This document shows positions 1-64,000 of a DNA stretch of 64,000 bases, piece by piece. Under the pieces are notes generated by a model that was not told where the DNA came from, made no database searches, and saw only the letters and a list, made by a program, of their open reading frames with translations. This DNA is from Octopus sinensis. Its lineage: Eukaryota. The number at the start of each line of letters is the position of its first letter. Positions within the stretch are counted from its first letter, which is position 1. A program made the position numbers and the translations under genes. The stretch lies in NCBI RefSeq assembly GCF_006345805.1, contig NC_042997.1:51894001-51958000 (forward strand), given 5' to 3'.

Positions 1-852
1 GGTCTGGCAGATGCTATATTTCAGACTTGCCAATCTATGCCAACATCAAAAACTACATTACATTGCTGCTGATGATAATGGGGTGGTGGTTTCCTGATGA
101 GCATTGAATTTTTATTGATTAAAAGCTGGAATACCATAAATGCATTTAACTTTATCCGTATTTTGCTTTTAAATTTGTTCTCAAAGCTTATACTTTGCTA
201 ATATAAATATCTATGCGTGTATGATTAAAATTGCATTAGAAAAGAAGTTTTTCATACTAAAAGCAACAATTTGTATTCTACAAATATTAAAAAAAAAAGC
301 TAAAAAGGAAAAAGAAAGTAAAAATTAGAGGTTCTTCAATAAAAACTTTAGTGACCAATTATTTTAACTGAAATGATTGCTGAATCGATGGAACTAGTGT
401 AATTTATCCAAAATGAATGCTCTCAGCCACCAGAAACATGTTTGCAAATATTTAATGGATACCAAATAAATAAAAAAATTCTTTTCCTTTCTTGTTTAGG
501 CCCATTATCTGATATCTGTTGGCTAGCAATAAGAAAACGGATAGACAAAAGTCTTTGTTGCTATTACTAATTGACTATTTATAATAAAATTAATAGATTT
601 TTTTTGCACGTAGTTGAAAATTGCATTGTAAATCAATACTGTATGTGTATATATATATATATTGAGATAGTTATTTGGAATATGGTGATTTTAGTAAAAA
701 AAAAAAAATCCTTTGTTTAAGAATTTTTGAATTAAGCAATGGAGTCCCCAGCATGACTGCAGTTTTCAAGCTGAAACTAGTTAAAGAGGTGTGTGTCATA
801 CCTTATACAAAAGCCTTTGAATCACTTATGTAGATTTACATCTTGTATATAG

Positions 853-1040
853 GTTAGTTTAGTTCCACTGTGTGGCACCTTAGCCAAGTGTCTTCCACTA
901 TAGCTTTAGGGTAACCAAAGTCTTATGAGTGGATTTGGTAGATGGAAACTGAAAGAAGCCTGTTGTGTGTGTGTGAGTTTGTGTCCTTGTCTTGACATCA
1001 TGCAAGCATGGAAAAGTGGGTATTAAATGATGATGATACA
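853..1040 (+). mobile_element. tRNA-derived CORE-type SINE, 5'-degraded
   Basis: gtggcaccttagccaagtgtcttcc...gagtggatttggtagatggaaactgaaagaagcc followed by (TG)n; same head as the 2756-3205 copy. Confidence 0.7.
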
Positions 1041-2500
1041 TATATGTGTGTGTGTGTGTGAGAGAGAAAGAGAGAGAGAAATAGTAGAAAAATTCAGAAC
1101 AGTCTTGTCTTAATTTGAGAAATTCATTCATTCAGATTTGGTATCAGTATGACTAAAGGGAAAAAAAATGGAAAGAGTATTACTATTGTAGTTGTATTTA
1201 TTTAATATCAATTGTATTTTTATTATCAACCAAATTGCATGAGCAAATACCTATTCTGAATATTTTTCAAGAAGAAATAATTGGTTAAATTAAGTGGAAA
1301 AAAAAAACATAGAAATACAATTATTTTAATTTATCTAAATTGATAAGCAAATGAATGATATTCTGTCACATGCTACCATTAGTACTACATCTTCTGCTAC
1401 TGCAGATTTATCAGATTTAGGAGAAGGGTAATAAGTCATCAATATTTTCTCTATTTATTGATTGACTGATTGACAGCTGTAATTGATTAAATATCTTCTT
1501 TATTGTTACCATTATCAAAGTAATTTCTATAGGAAATGCAATACTAGCTGTTATCTGCAATATCTGGAATTAGAAACAAGCTGGAAGAGAAAGCAAAAAA
1601 AAAAAAATACTGGATTAATAGCATATATTTCCAATAGTAGAAGTAAAATCTCTAGTCGTCCTTTTGAAGCATCTTCTTGTCTTCTTTGTTTCAAGCCAAG
1701 ATTTTTTAAATGAAAATGTGCTTTTCTGAGGCTTAGGTTTCATACTGACGAAGCTGTTGATTGAAAAAAAAAAATTCATTTATGAGTTTGGAAAATGAAT
1801 TATTAGTATTAGATAAAAAAAAATTTACCTTATTTTAATTAAAATATTCTGTTCATTTTGAAACTGGAATTTATAGCATTTTCAAAATCAGTTCTTTTAA
1901 CACTTTTTCACCATGTTAGCATAAGTCGGAGGCAGGAACTAATTTAGAGGCAGCATTTTATGGTCATACACCCTTCCTGTCATGTGCCCTTATTCTTTTT
2001 ATCAAATTATTATTTATTCGTTCTTTTCACACCAATTCACAAAATACTTACATTCTTATAATTGTACCTAAGAACAAATAAATAAATAAATAAAAGAAAT
2101 CCAACAAAATGCAATGGAATTATATACACTTACATGTGTTATATCTGTAATATGAGTTTTTAGAATTACTCAGTACCTCATTTGATTTGCCTTCATATCA
2201 TCATTGCATCAGATAAATAATTTCGCTGTTTTCATGGATGCAACCCCTCCCCCCACGCACTTCATATTGTTTATTTCAAGATGCATCTGCTCATGAAACT
2301 ATCAGTCATTGAATCACCAAGAGAGCATCTGTCTGGTCTTCCAACCTGTTAGAAAAATAATAACCAAATCTCCCTTAAATCATATCCTATCATTAAACAA
2401 TGTAGACCTGGAAACCTTTAAAAAGGCACGATGGTAATGACAGGGATGTTTTTGATCATAGGTATGCATCATCAAAATTGGCTTGTTTATCAGCCACCAT

Positions 2501-2544
<44 letters not shown>

Positions 2545-2547
<3 letters not shown>

Positions 2548-2660
2548 GGCATGTAAAAACGACCCACTACCCTCTTAGAGTGATTGGCATTTGGAAGGGC
2601 ATCCAACTGTAGAAACCATGCCAGCATGAAAAGTGGACGTTAAACAAAAATGATGGTGAT
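2545..2660 (+). mobile_element. RTE LINE 3' tail fragment
   Basis: ggcatttggaagggcatccaactgtagaaacc...ggacgttaaac...gatggtgat matches the 3' end of the 47-49.5 kb RTE. Confidence 0.7.
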
Positions 2661-2696
<36 letters not shown>

Positions 2697-2715
2697 AACA
2701 ATATGGGCCACCTAC

Positions 2716-2755
<40 letters not shown>

Positions 2756-2756
<1 letters not shown>

Positions 2757-2961
2757 TCTTACTTGTTTCAGTCATATGACTGCGGCCATGCTGGAGCACC
2801 GCCTTTAGTCGAGCAACTCGACCCCGGGACTTATTCTTTTTGTAAGCCCAGTACTTATTCTATCGGCCTCTTTTTGCTGAACCGCTAAGTGACGGGGACG
2901 TAAACACACCAGCATCGGTTGTCAAGCAATGCTAGAGGAACAAACACAAACACAGACACAT

Positions 2962-3031
<70 letters not shown>

Positions 3032-3205
3032 ACACATATATACGACAGGCTTCTTTCAGTTTCCGTCTACCAAATCCACTCACAAGGCATTGGTCGGCCC
3101 GGGGCTATAGCAGAAGACACTTGCCCAAGATGCCACGCAGTGGGACTGAAACGGAACCATGTGGCTGGTTAGCAAGCTACTTACCACACAGCCACTCCTG
3201 CGCCT
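2756..3205 (-). mobile_element. Full-length tRNA/CORE-type SINE with internal (TA)n/(TG)n tract
   Basis: Minus strand begins GGCGCAGGAGTGGCTGTGTGG (A box), then a B-box-like segment, CTTGGGCAAGTGTCTT core, microsatellite and tail ending gactgaaacaagtaagag; highly similar copy at 37709-38102. Confidence 0.85.
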
Positions 3206-3897
3206 ATATATATATATATAAATAATATGGGCCACCTACATTATATATATATATAAACAATATGGGCCACCTACATTTTATATATATATATATATATATA
3301 TGAAATCATAATTATGCTTTGTTTATTTACATCTGTATTTAGTAAACATATGCAAACAGCAAAAAGAAAATATCACTCATAAAGCAGAAGGTGGACGATA
3401 ATAATAATATGTTTTAAACTTCGTCATTTTAGCTTCCATATCTATTTTTCATTGATATTTTCCACTGAATGAGCAAGACAGTATAAATACCTTTCTTCAT
3501 ATTACCATCAATTATTAGTATAAATTTTTCTTATTGTTCTCTCTTATAAAATCCTCAACTGTGCTAATGTTTTCTTTATCAGTTTCTGCTCTAATTGACA
3601 TGTGTATTTATTTATTCAATTTCATTCTTACTGTAAGTCAAAAATATTTCAGTTTTTGTCTTATAACATATCTTATAACCCTTTGCTGTTATCAAAATGT
3701 TTCTAGCTGTTAATTACTTTCTAGAGAAAGTATTCAGCTTGATTTATAATTTTGATTATCTCATTTACTTTTACTAAACCAATGGAATATTTTTGCTTTA
3801 GATTTTAAATACAGCTTCTAACCAATGGAATGTTTAATTTTCAGCCAATTATTAGATTTCCTAAGTTACCTTAAATTTAAAAAATTTTCTTTTTTAG

Positions 3898-56031
<52,134 letters not shown>

Positions 56032-59000
56032 TGAAGATTGTTTATTTAACATGACATCTTTACTCTACACTTGACCCCTTCAATATTGCTTTACTCTACA
56101 CTAGGCCATATCTGCTAACAGTCTATGCAGTATACCAAATGTTGAACCGGTGCTAGAGCTTTGGTGCCTAGCATCTAAAGTAGCTTACCTTCTTCAAAAA
56201 GTAAACAAAGAACTGAACACTACTTACCCTACAATGTTTGTCTCTAATGTCCTGTGTAAGCCTTCTCATTGTTTCTAGTAATGGCCAGTAGTTCTGGACT
56301 TAATGGAAACAGAAGATATTCTACAATTTCATTTTATTTATTTAATTTTTGTTGTTTTTTTTTTAAACGTATATTAATTTCTTTTTCTTTTACTCATAGC
56401 ATTAAGGAGAGCACAGAGGGTGGAGTGATTATTTACCCTTTTGTTCTCTTGTTTCAGTTTGGTCATCTACTAATCTCTTCAGAGGGATTAGCTTCTTTCT
56501 TAAAAAAGAAAAAGCGTAAATAAACCATTCTCTGTGCTCATTTTTATTAGCTCATGTTTAATACAGGAGTATGTAAAGTTGCAATAGAAAGATACACCAA
56601 GTGCTATGTGTGTTTACTCTCTTCTTTCACAAAACCTTTTTTTACATTGTAATTTATTTGATATTAAAAATTTGTTTCTATTTAAAATTTTTGTTTTATA
56701 CAAACATCTATATCTTTAACTTACAAAATATATTTTCTCTTAATTTTCATTAAAAAAATCTTGTACTATAAATATGAAAATTATTTGTAAAATATATATA
56801 TACAGTTGTTTGTTAATTTTATTTGTTTTACCATTTTTTATTTTGGTGTATGCAATGGAATGTGTGAACATTTTTTTTTAATCAATTGTGCTGCATTTCT
56901 TTAAGAAAATCTCCAAAGACTCGTAATCAACAGTTTATTAAGTAGCTTAGTTTATTCCTATTTGCTAACAAAAGTAAGTGTCTTATTTATTTTTTTTTTT
57001 AAATACAAACACTATGAATTTCTCATTATGAAATTTCTACACTGCATGTAATTAATGAAAGAAATGATTGCACAAGGAAAATGTTGATATTTATTCTCAT
57101 ATTATTGTAAACTAAATTGTCATTTGCTTTCAATGGTGCAATTATGTGTTTTGGCCATATTTGTTTCAAAAGAACAACCATTATTGTTGATATTTTTTGT
57201 CTTCAAGCAAAACCAAAATAATATTTTTAAAAAATATGATTTTATTTAATTTTCAACTGCAATGTTAGCTCAGTAAGTTGAATTTTGAGATTTTAAAATT
57301 AGATTGATTGCATGTTTTGTTAGAAATTCCTTACTACACAACTACACTCAATTTTGACATTGATACAGTTACTGTTCTTTATGAACACTTATATGCATAG
57401 TTATATGCATAAAAATTAACATATTCTGTATTAATTCTGCGACTTGCCTAACCAAATATTTGCAAAATTCTGTAGTATTTTAAAATAGGTTCTGGCAATG
57501 AAAGAATTAGCTGTCCTGAATATCACAATCTTGATATCTAAGATAAATAGCCTTTAAAAAATATTTACATATAAAAATTATAAGTTTTACTTTTAAATTT
57601 AAACCTTTTGATTTTTGTGAAAGTTGTTCTTTGTGTGTGGTTTAAAAAAAGATATATTTTTTTTTAATATTTTTTTTACAAAATCTTTATTGGTTGATTT
57701 ATTTTTACATTTGATCATAGTTTTAAAATTGTCATCTTTCTATGTAACTCTCCGTTGTCCACCTCAACATCTATAGGTCACAGTATCCTCTCCCTTGTTG
57801 TAGAACAAATTTCTCTAGTAATTAAGGAATCAGCACCCAGCATTTATTTATTTTTATTCCTTCTTTCTGTGTATCCCGATGACATTTTGTTTTCTTTGAC
57901 ATTTATTAGTAAATAGATTTTCCATCAGTCAGTTGCCAAGCTGTTTGATTTCACCATTTGTTAGCCTACTTCTTGGATTCTTTTTCACATTTCATCATTT
58001 ACCGCTGTTTGTTTCTTTCTTTCATATCCTTCATGCTAACCAGAGTGAAATAGTTGTAACAGTTGCATTTAGTGTAGAAATATCTGTGAAAATATATTAA
58101 AATATCTTCTACCAACTTACTTCTACAAATTAGTATTTATATTTTGTTTTGTAGAAAAAAACCCCAACTACTTGATTCTCTTTGGGATCTAATCCATTAC
58201 TTTCCTCTCTTGAGATGTTAATTTGGTGTAGTGTTGCTAGATGTTCAGTAAAAGCAAATATTGTATGAGTTGGAAACTTTTCCTCATTAATATAATTTTC
58301 CAGTTTCAATGGATCATCCCTTTGAAAGACATTTGTAAGAAAACATTTGTATGTCTAAATTCCTTTACTCCCTGACAAAATTGTAGTCTTCTCCGGAAAA
58401 ATTATTTAATTAAGTTGTAATTTTTAAAAATTTTATTTGAAGTCAACAACACAAAAAAAAATCTGTCAAATCAAGAAAACATTTTTACTGAAAATTTTTG
58501 TTAATTGATAGAATAAACGTTACTGATGCTTTAATTTTGTATCATGTTTTATTACATGATAATCTTAAAGATTAGCAGATTGTGCCTAAAATTTGAAATT
58601 AACAAAGAAAGTTTTTAAAAGATCAGATTCAAATGAAAGTTCTTGGCTCTTTTTTTTCTTTTAATATGACTTTCCCAGAGTTATCTAAATGAAATATATT
58701 TTTCCTTTCGAATATTTGTGCTGATTACTAATAGCATATGTAATGTTAATATTTCATTTGGGTTGATTAAAATGTGTTGATATTCTTCCGCAATTACTAG
58801 ATCACTTCATAATTTTAAATGAGCAATTTGTATTAGTATATTTCAGCTGTTTACCTTGCCAATTTAAGTTCATTCTTTCATTTTCACCCGCATAAAAATT
58901 GTTCTATGTTCTCAAAATAATTACTTAATCATTGTCTAGATTCAAAAGTGATTTTTTTTGTCAGGTATGTTTAGTTCTAATTCCATCAGCCACCAATTTT

Positions 59001-60500
59001 TTAAATTCCCATTAACACATATTGTTCTGTATAGAAGTCTGTGACTTAGTTATTTAAAAATACACTAAGCATTGAAAAACCTAAAGCAAGCAAGTGCATC
59101 TGTTGTGACTATATTTAATTTGGCACTTATCATAGCTAATCTCTGCTACTCTCTTAGTTGGGAAATCTGTCAAAGTTTTTACAATTCCCACTTGAGTATC
59201 TAGCTAATTCTTGCCAAAGTTTTTACTTTATATCAATTAAGCTTGTACTTTAACAGTTCTTCTAGAACTTTGTATTTAAGCATAAAACTTGAAACTTTAT
59301 CTGAAAATAGTGAAAAACATCACAGAAATATTGCTGTCTATTAATTTGGTAGATAAAAAAATAAAAACCTGGCTATTGACATTTTAAATAATTTTTTTTA
59401 TTCTGTATATCTTTTTATTTGTTATTTTTGCTAATCTGGTAGCATTTGGCCCTCTCTATTTTATTCTTTAATTATTTCAATATTAGTCATAAACTTCATA
59501 ACTTATTGTTTCAAATTTGCAGTTGCTTCACTTTTAATAGCCATATTTTATTGTTGAATATTTCTGTTTTAGATAAATAGGGAATAATTTTTTTTTATTT
59601 CTTCATATGGAATTTAAAAAACAAGCATTTAAAAAGATTATTACTTTTCAACTGTGCAGACTATAGATAAGAGATTGGACTGCAGTTTCATTTTATATAA
59701 AAGATATCTATATATATATATATATTTGTACCCATTTTTCACATACATTCCAGTCTACTAGGAGACAAACTAAAATGTCAAGAAATGTTAGCTTTCAGGA
59801 TTGTGTATTTCAGTGATTTTCTGATTTGACAATGACTATTCTATGTGTATGCATGTGTTTGCATGTGCGAGTGCTTGTCTGCACATATGTGAGCATGGAA
59901 ATAGTTGCCTTCCTCATAAGGTTCATAGTATGGTATGAAAAGAACAGAATTTTGTTTCATTCTGTGATGTCTTCCCTATATTAATTTAGACTAGTTATAT
60001 TAGTCTTTGAAATTATGGACTTTGTGGTAAACAGAGTAGTTGGCACAATTTTCATTGAATCAAATATTTGTTCAGTAAAATTTCTTTTTAAATTTTCTTT
60101 GTATTATTATTTCATTCGTTTCAAAAATCATTTAATGTTTTGTTTTGGGCTATTTTCCCAAACGGATGCAATCATTAGTTTGCTTGTCAAGTTATTAGAA
60201 AATCTTCATAAGCTTCAATAGGACTTCCTAAATAAGCATTATAAAGTTTTTGCAATATTTCTTCTTTGTCCCTCTTCATCCCTTTATTTTTCAGAGTTTT
60301 TTTTTCTATTTCAATATATTTTTCACGTATGAAAACATTCCACTTAAGTAGTTTTGCCATTTATTTTAGGCTAAAGTAGTTTGCTTACTTATTAAGCAAA
60401 CTATTCATATTGGTTGAGTACCCCACCTAAAAATCTAATATGAATTTAAGACAGTTGATGTTTATCTGTATAAATTTGGCACTAGTATAAAACTCCCTCT
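56032..60500 (+). other. Candidate long 3' UTR of USP32 (end not determinable)
   Basis: Follows the stop codon; AT/U-rich with no recognisable TE; AATAAA at 56519, 58512 and 59360. The polyA site actually used cannot be read from DNA. Confidence 0.4.
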
Positions 60501-60539
60501 GTGATTAACTTTACCAAGTAGACATTTCATTGAAATAGA

Positions 60540-60546
60540 TTATATA

Positions 60547-60598
<52 letters not shown>

Positions 60599-60690
60599 AT
60601 GTGCATATAAATATATATGTATATACATGTGTATATACATGTGTGTGTAATATATGCATACATATGTGTGCTTATATATTTTATATATAT
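60540..60690. repeat. Compound (TA)n/(TG)n microsatellite
   Basis: Direct inspection. Similar tracts at 2505-2545, 2660-2755, 9255-9311 and 40721-40770 generate the YIYI/THTH ORFs. Confidence 0.9.
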
Positions 60691-63259
60691 TGCACATCCA
60701 CTCATGCCAGCATGGAAAATGGATGTTGAATGATGATGAGCTTGTATGTATTGTTTTAAACACTGTAAGCTGCAGTTAAGTTAAGTTGGATGTGCAAATT
60801 AATATTCTTAACAAAATCTGCTTCCATTGCTAATAGTTAATGTGTGTGTGTGTGTGTGTGTTTGTGTGTAGTTAGATCTGCATGGTTATGGTAAAAACAC
60901 TTAGTTAGCCTCTAGCATAGACAAGGCTGTATAGGTAACACAAAAGGAGAATAATCAAGTTTATTAATCAGTGTATCCAGTACACAACATCCCATATCGA
61001 AATTAGACAGAAATTCTGATTAGATGACTGCTACTTAGAGCTCCATTATCAAGTAACAAAGGTTGCTTATTACGTGATAAATAAGTCTATGAATAAACAG
61101 AATGGAATTGGTAGTTATGTACTACCACAAATTTCAAAAGGCATCTTGTGTAACTATAAGGTGCTACGTAATTATTCAGTATTCCTTTCCATCAGGTACT
61201 TGCTATGTGTCAGAAATCATTTTGCTGTAACGAATTTGCAATGGGTTTGGTGCTCCTTTAGAAACACCTGTAGTACATAATTACGTATTCCTTTCAATGG
61301 CCCAGTGGCTGACGGTCAGTAGAATGTTATTTGGTCTTGAAATTCATATAAAGAAATTCTCACATTTATTTACTCTATCCGTTAGGTAATTCAGAATTAT
61401 CAAAATGTATGAGGAAATTGCAACTTTAAGAAAGTTTTAGCAACAAAACATCTAATATTTACTGAGATTAGTAAAGTTTTGTAGATAAACTAAATTTTGA
61501 GTCAGTTTTATCATATGATTTGATCATAACAGTTTGGTTATTTGTCTCAGATTAAGAAGGATTTTTAGTATTTTTTTCTTTTTATATATGTTGGGGGTTA
61601 CTCCGTGACTCTAGAATCAGACTAGTATCTTTCTTTTTGTTGCCTAAAATTTTCACTGGTTTTCTCAAAGTATTTTTCAATTTATATCCATTTTCTACTT
61701 ATAATCATATCTTAGTGTATCCATCCAAAAAATATAAGCAAGATTATAAACTGTTCTCCATTATTAGTATGAATAGATGGCTTTGTAAAAGAAAAAGAAA
61801 TCGGTTTTGATCAATTTAGTGTTCAGATGAAAATTGTGAAATATCTTGAAATAGAAGAAATGACATTAATTTCTCTTGGCTTTATACAACTTTTGGACAT
61901 TTACCTACTATGGTTCATTCAAAACTTATATTTTGTTGAATTTCTTTTTCAACTATATCCCACCTCAGTATTGTCAGTTATTATCTATATTAAAAAAAAG
62001 TTGCTCTATATAAAGAGAGTTTGAGTTGAAAAGTGATAATATGGCAGTTAGGAACTGAATATACAACAGAGGAACCAAACACAGCCAACATGGTTCAGTT
62101 TTGATATCTCTAAAACTGACTGTTGTGAGGGCATTAGTGGAAATCACTTTCAAAATAGTCAAGAACTTTAAAACAGAAACTTTTGAACTCATTAATAATG
62201 TTAGTTTTTATTGTCTTTTGTTTTGGTTGTATAGTTTTATATTTTGAATCTGTTATAAAAATTTCATTGTTCTGCTTAGAATTTGTTTGTTATATGAGTT
62301 GTAAATCCTCTTTTTAACAAGAGAGAACTGAATTTATATTTGAAATTAAAAGAAAATTACTGGAGAAAATAAATTGGTGTATTTCAGTAAATTGCTTAAA
62401 CTTGAATGAAATTTAAATAGACCAAGAGTCTCTTTTAAAAAAATAAAATCATCCTGATAGCAATTCCATTCTTGTTGCTGGCAAATATGAACATTTTCCT
62501 TTTTTTTTCTTTTTTTTTTTCCAGATGAAAGATTTTCCATTCCTCTTTGAACCTGGCTTTGTAAATATGTACATTTTATTCTCAAAACATTATCAGTAAA
62601 CAGGGAATCAGAGTAAGTTGGAAAAATACCTGTTATGTTCCCTTATTCCATTGAGTAACCCTTTATAAAATTCATTGAAGACTATCTAAACGAGTTTACA
62701 GACTTGTGCGTCTAAGTACAGTAGCATCAACAAGGGTTATTGTTGTGATAGCATCAGTGTGCAATTACTTTACAATATGTGATTTAAAAAAAAAAATGAT
62801 ATAACTTTGTGTTATTGTCAAATCTTGAGATTTTATTAATTGTTTTTTGTTTGTTTTTATTTTTAAGATGATTGAGAAGGGAATGTTAAGTGTGTATATG
62901 CAAATGTGTGTGCAAGAAAAAGTGATGGAAAGAATATATGGTTCTATTGATTGAATAAACAACTCAAAACACCTCAAATATCAACTGGCTTTGTTGTTCT
63001 CTATATTGTATGGTTTCATTATATTGTGTAATTTATGTATAGATATTATTACCACTGCAGTATCACAACAATGAATTTATTTCTGCAGTTAAATGTATGT
63101 GGTATACCTGAACTTTTTAAGAGCTTGTTAATATTGTTGATTGTGGGATAAACAGACTTTACAATTTGTGTAGTGTGAGAAAATGGAGAATGACCAAATG
63201 ATTTCTTAAAAACGCAGAAAATGAGTAATTGCACCTAATGACTCTCTCTCAGAAAGGTT

Positions 63260-63880
63260 GTCAATCCAGAACAGCATGCCCAAGGAAGCTTTTCAGGGAC
63301 TGTTATTGTTTAGAGTAACTCTAACAGATGTTATCCTCCATTTTTAGTACAGCCACTCTGTCTAGTTATGCTGATGATATCAATATATCGGAAATAATCA
63401 CAAGCTTGGATGAGATTGGAGCGAATTTAATTCAGGCAAGATTCAAGTACTTCACTACCAACACCACCACCTCCCCACTCATCACAGCCTGGACATAGGA
63501 GGGACTACAATCCAATGGTCAAAAATAGATCTCTGTACTCTAGGTGCACTACTGAAAGCATTTGAAACTTGTAACATTCTGGAATGAAGAAGGGAGAGAA
63601 ATGCAGTCATCTACATCCGGAATATTCTGGAGAAATTAGCACCTACTTTGGTATTGAAAGCGCTACCAACCCTGAATTGGTGGTTGTTGCATAATGCCCC
63701 AAATTCCCTTCTTTCCTGAAAACAACTCTTGGATATTCTATTGTGTACAATCTTAGATGAATGTGCACTGCAGTTCAAGAAACAGACGAGTATTAACATT
63801 AAACTCTCTCATTACCATGTGCGAAGTTACAATAAGCTTCATAACTATGTTTCAGTTTGAATGCAGCCAGGTAACTAAAA
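63260..63880 (+). mobile_element. CR1/L2-like LINE RT remnant
   Basis: SYADDINI at 63364-63387, preceded by a degenerate PQGS-LF-like segment (SMPKEAFQGLLLF); downstream ILEKLAP-type C-terminal remnant. Confidence 0.6.
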
Positions 63881-63898
63881 CCACAAAAAGAGTATTCC

Positions 63899-64000
63899 AA
63901 TCAAATCAAATCAAATCAAACCAAATCAAAATAGATGAACATCAATGGAATTTGTATCCTTGTGGTACCAGTGCCGGTGGCACATAAGAAAACCATCCGA
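63899..64000 (+). repeat. (ATCAA)n microsatellite followed by the start of an RTE-type 3' array
   Basis: tcaaatcaaatcaaatcaaacc...catcaatggaa...gtgccggtggcacataagaaaaccatccga; runs off the window end. Confidence 0.7.

Noticed and set aside
481-572. Possible upstream USP32 exon after a polypyrimidine tract and AG at 498-499
   Set aside because: No reading frame resembles the expected upstream USP32 sequence, and stops intervene.
2575-3225. ORF-track proteins rich in YIYI/THTH (also 9079, 37871, 40528, 60511 and others)
   Set aside because: They are translations of (TA)n/(CA)n microsatellites and SINE sequence.
56580-62765. miR-92-type seed matches (TGCAATA 56580, GTGCAAT 57136 and 62759)
   Set aside because: 7-mers are near chance frequency in several kb of AT-rich DNA, and the UTR extent and conservation are unknown.
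60700-63250. Second gene downstream of USP32
   Set aside because: The short ORFs have no recognisable domain, splice-consistent exon chain or coding-like composition.

Overview
Eukaryotic, very AT-rich genomic DNA. The repeat families look like Octopus (inferred from the repeats; no database check). The window holds the 3' ~1,400 codons of one intron-rich gene on the + strand, the deubiquitinase USP32. I traced 28 coding exons (3898-56031, 4,211 nt) with GT-AG boundaries and continuous phase. They encode EF-hands, DUSP, a UBL-like region, a split USP catalytic domain (Cys box NLGNTCFMN, His box GGGHY, YNDSS) and a C-terminal CVIQ CAAX motif. The 5' exons lie upstream of the window. The introns contain RTE LINEs (one nearly intact, with a PHD-type finger inside the RT region), a Penelope-like element with a hammerhead-like motif, a CR1-like fragment, Tc1/mariner and piggyBac relics, MITEs, at least three tRNA-derived SINE families and microsatellites. 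Most ORF-track entries are microsatellite or TE artefacts. The most interesting signals are a non-canonical minimal hammerhead motif in two PLE ends, several near-perfect intronic foldbacks and inverted young RTE copies (candidate ADAR or circRNA substrates), the RTE PHD finger, and modular stem-loop repeat arrays in RTE 3' UTRs. No prokaryotic features and no CRISPR array are present. All alignments were done by eye, and comparisons with human USP32 are from memory.
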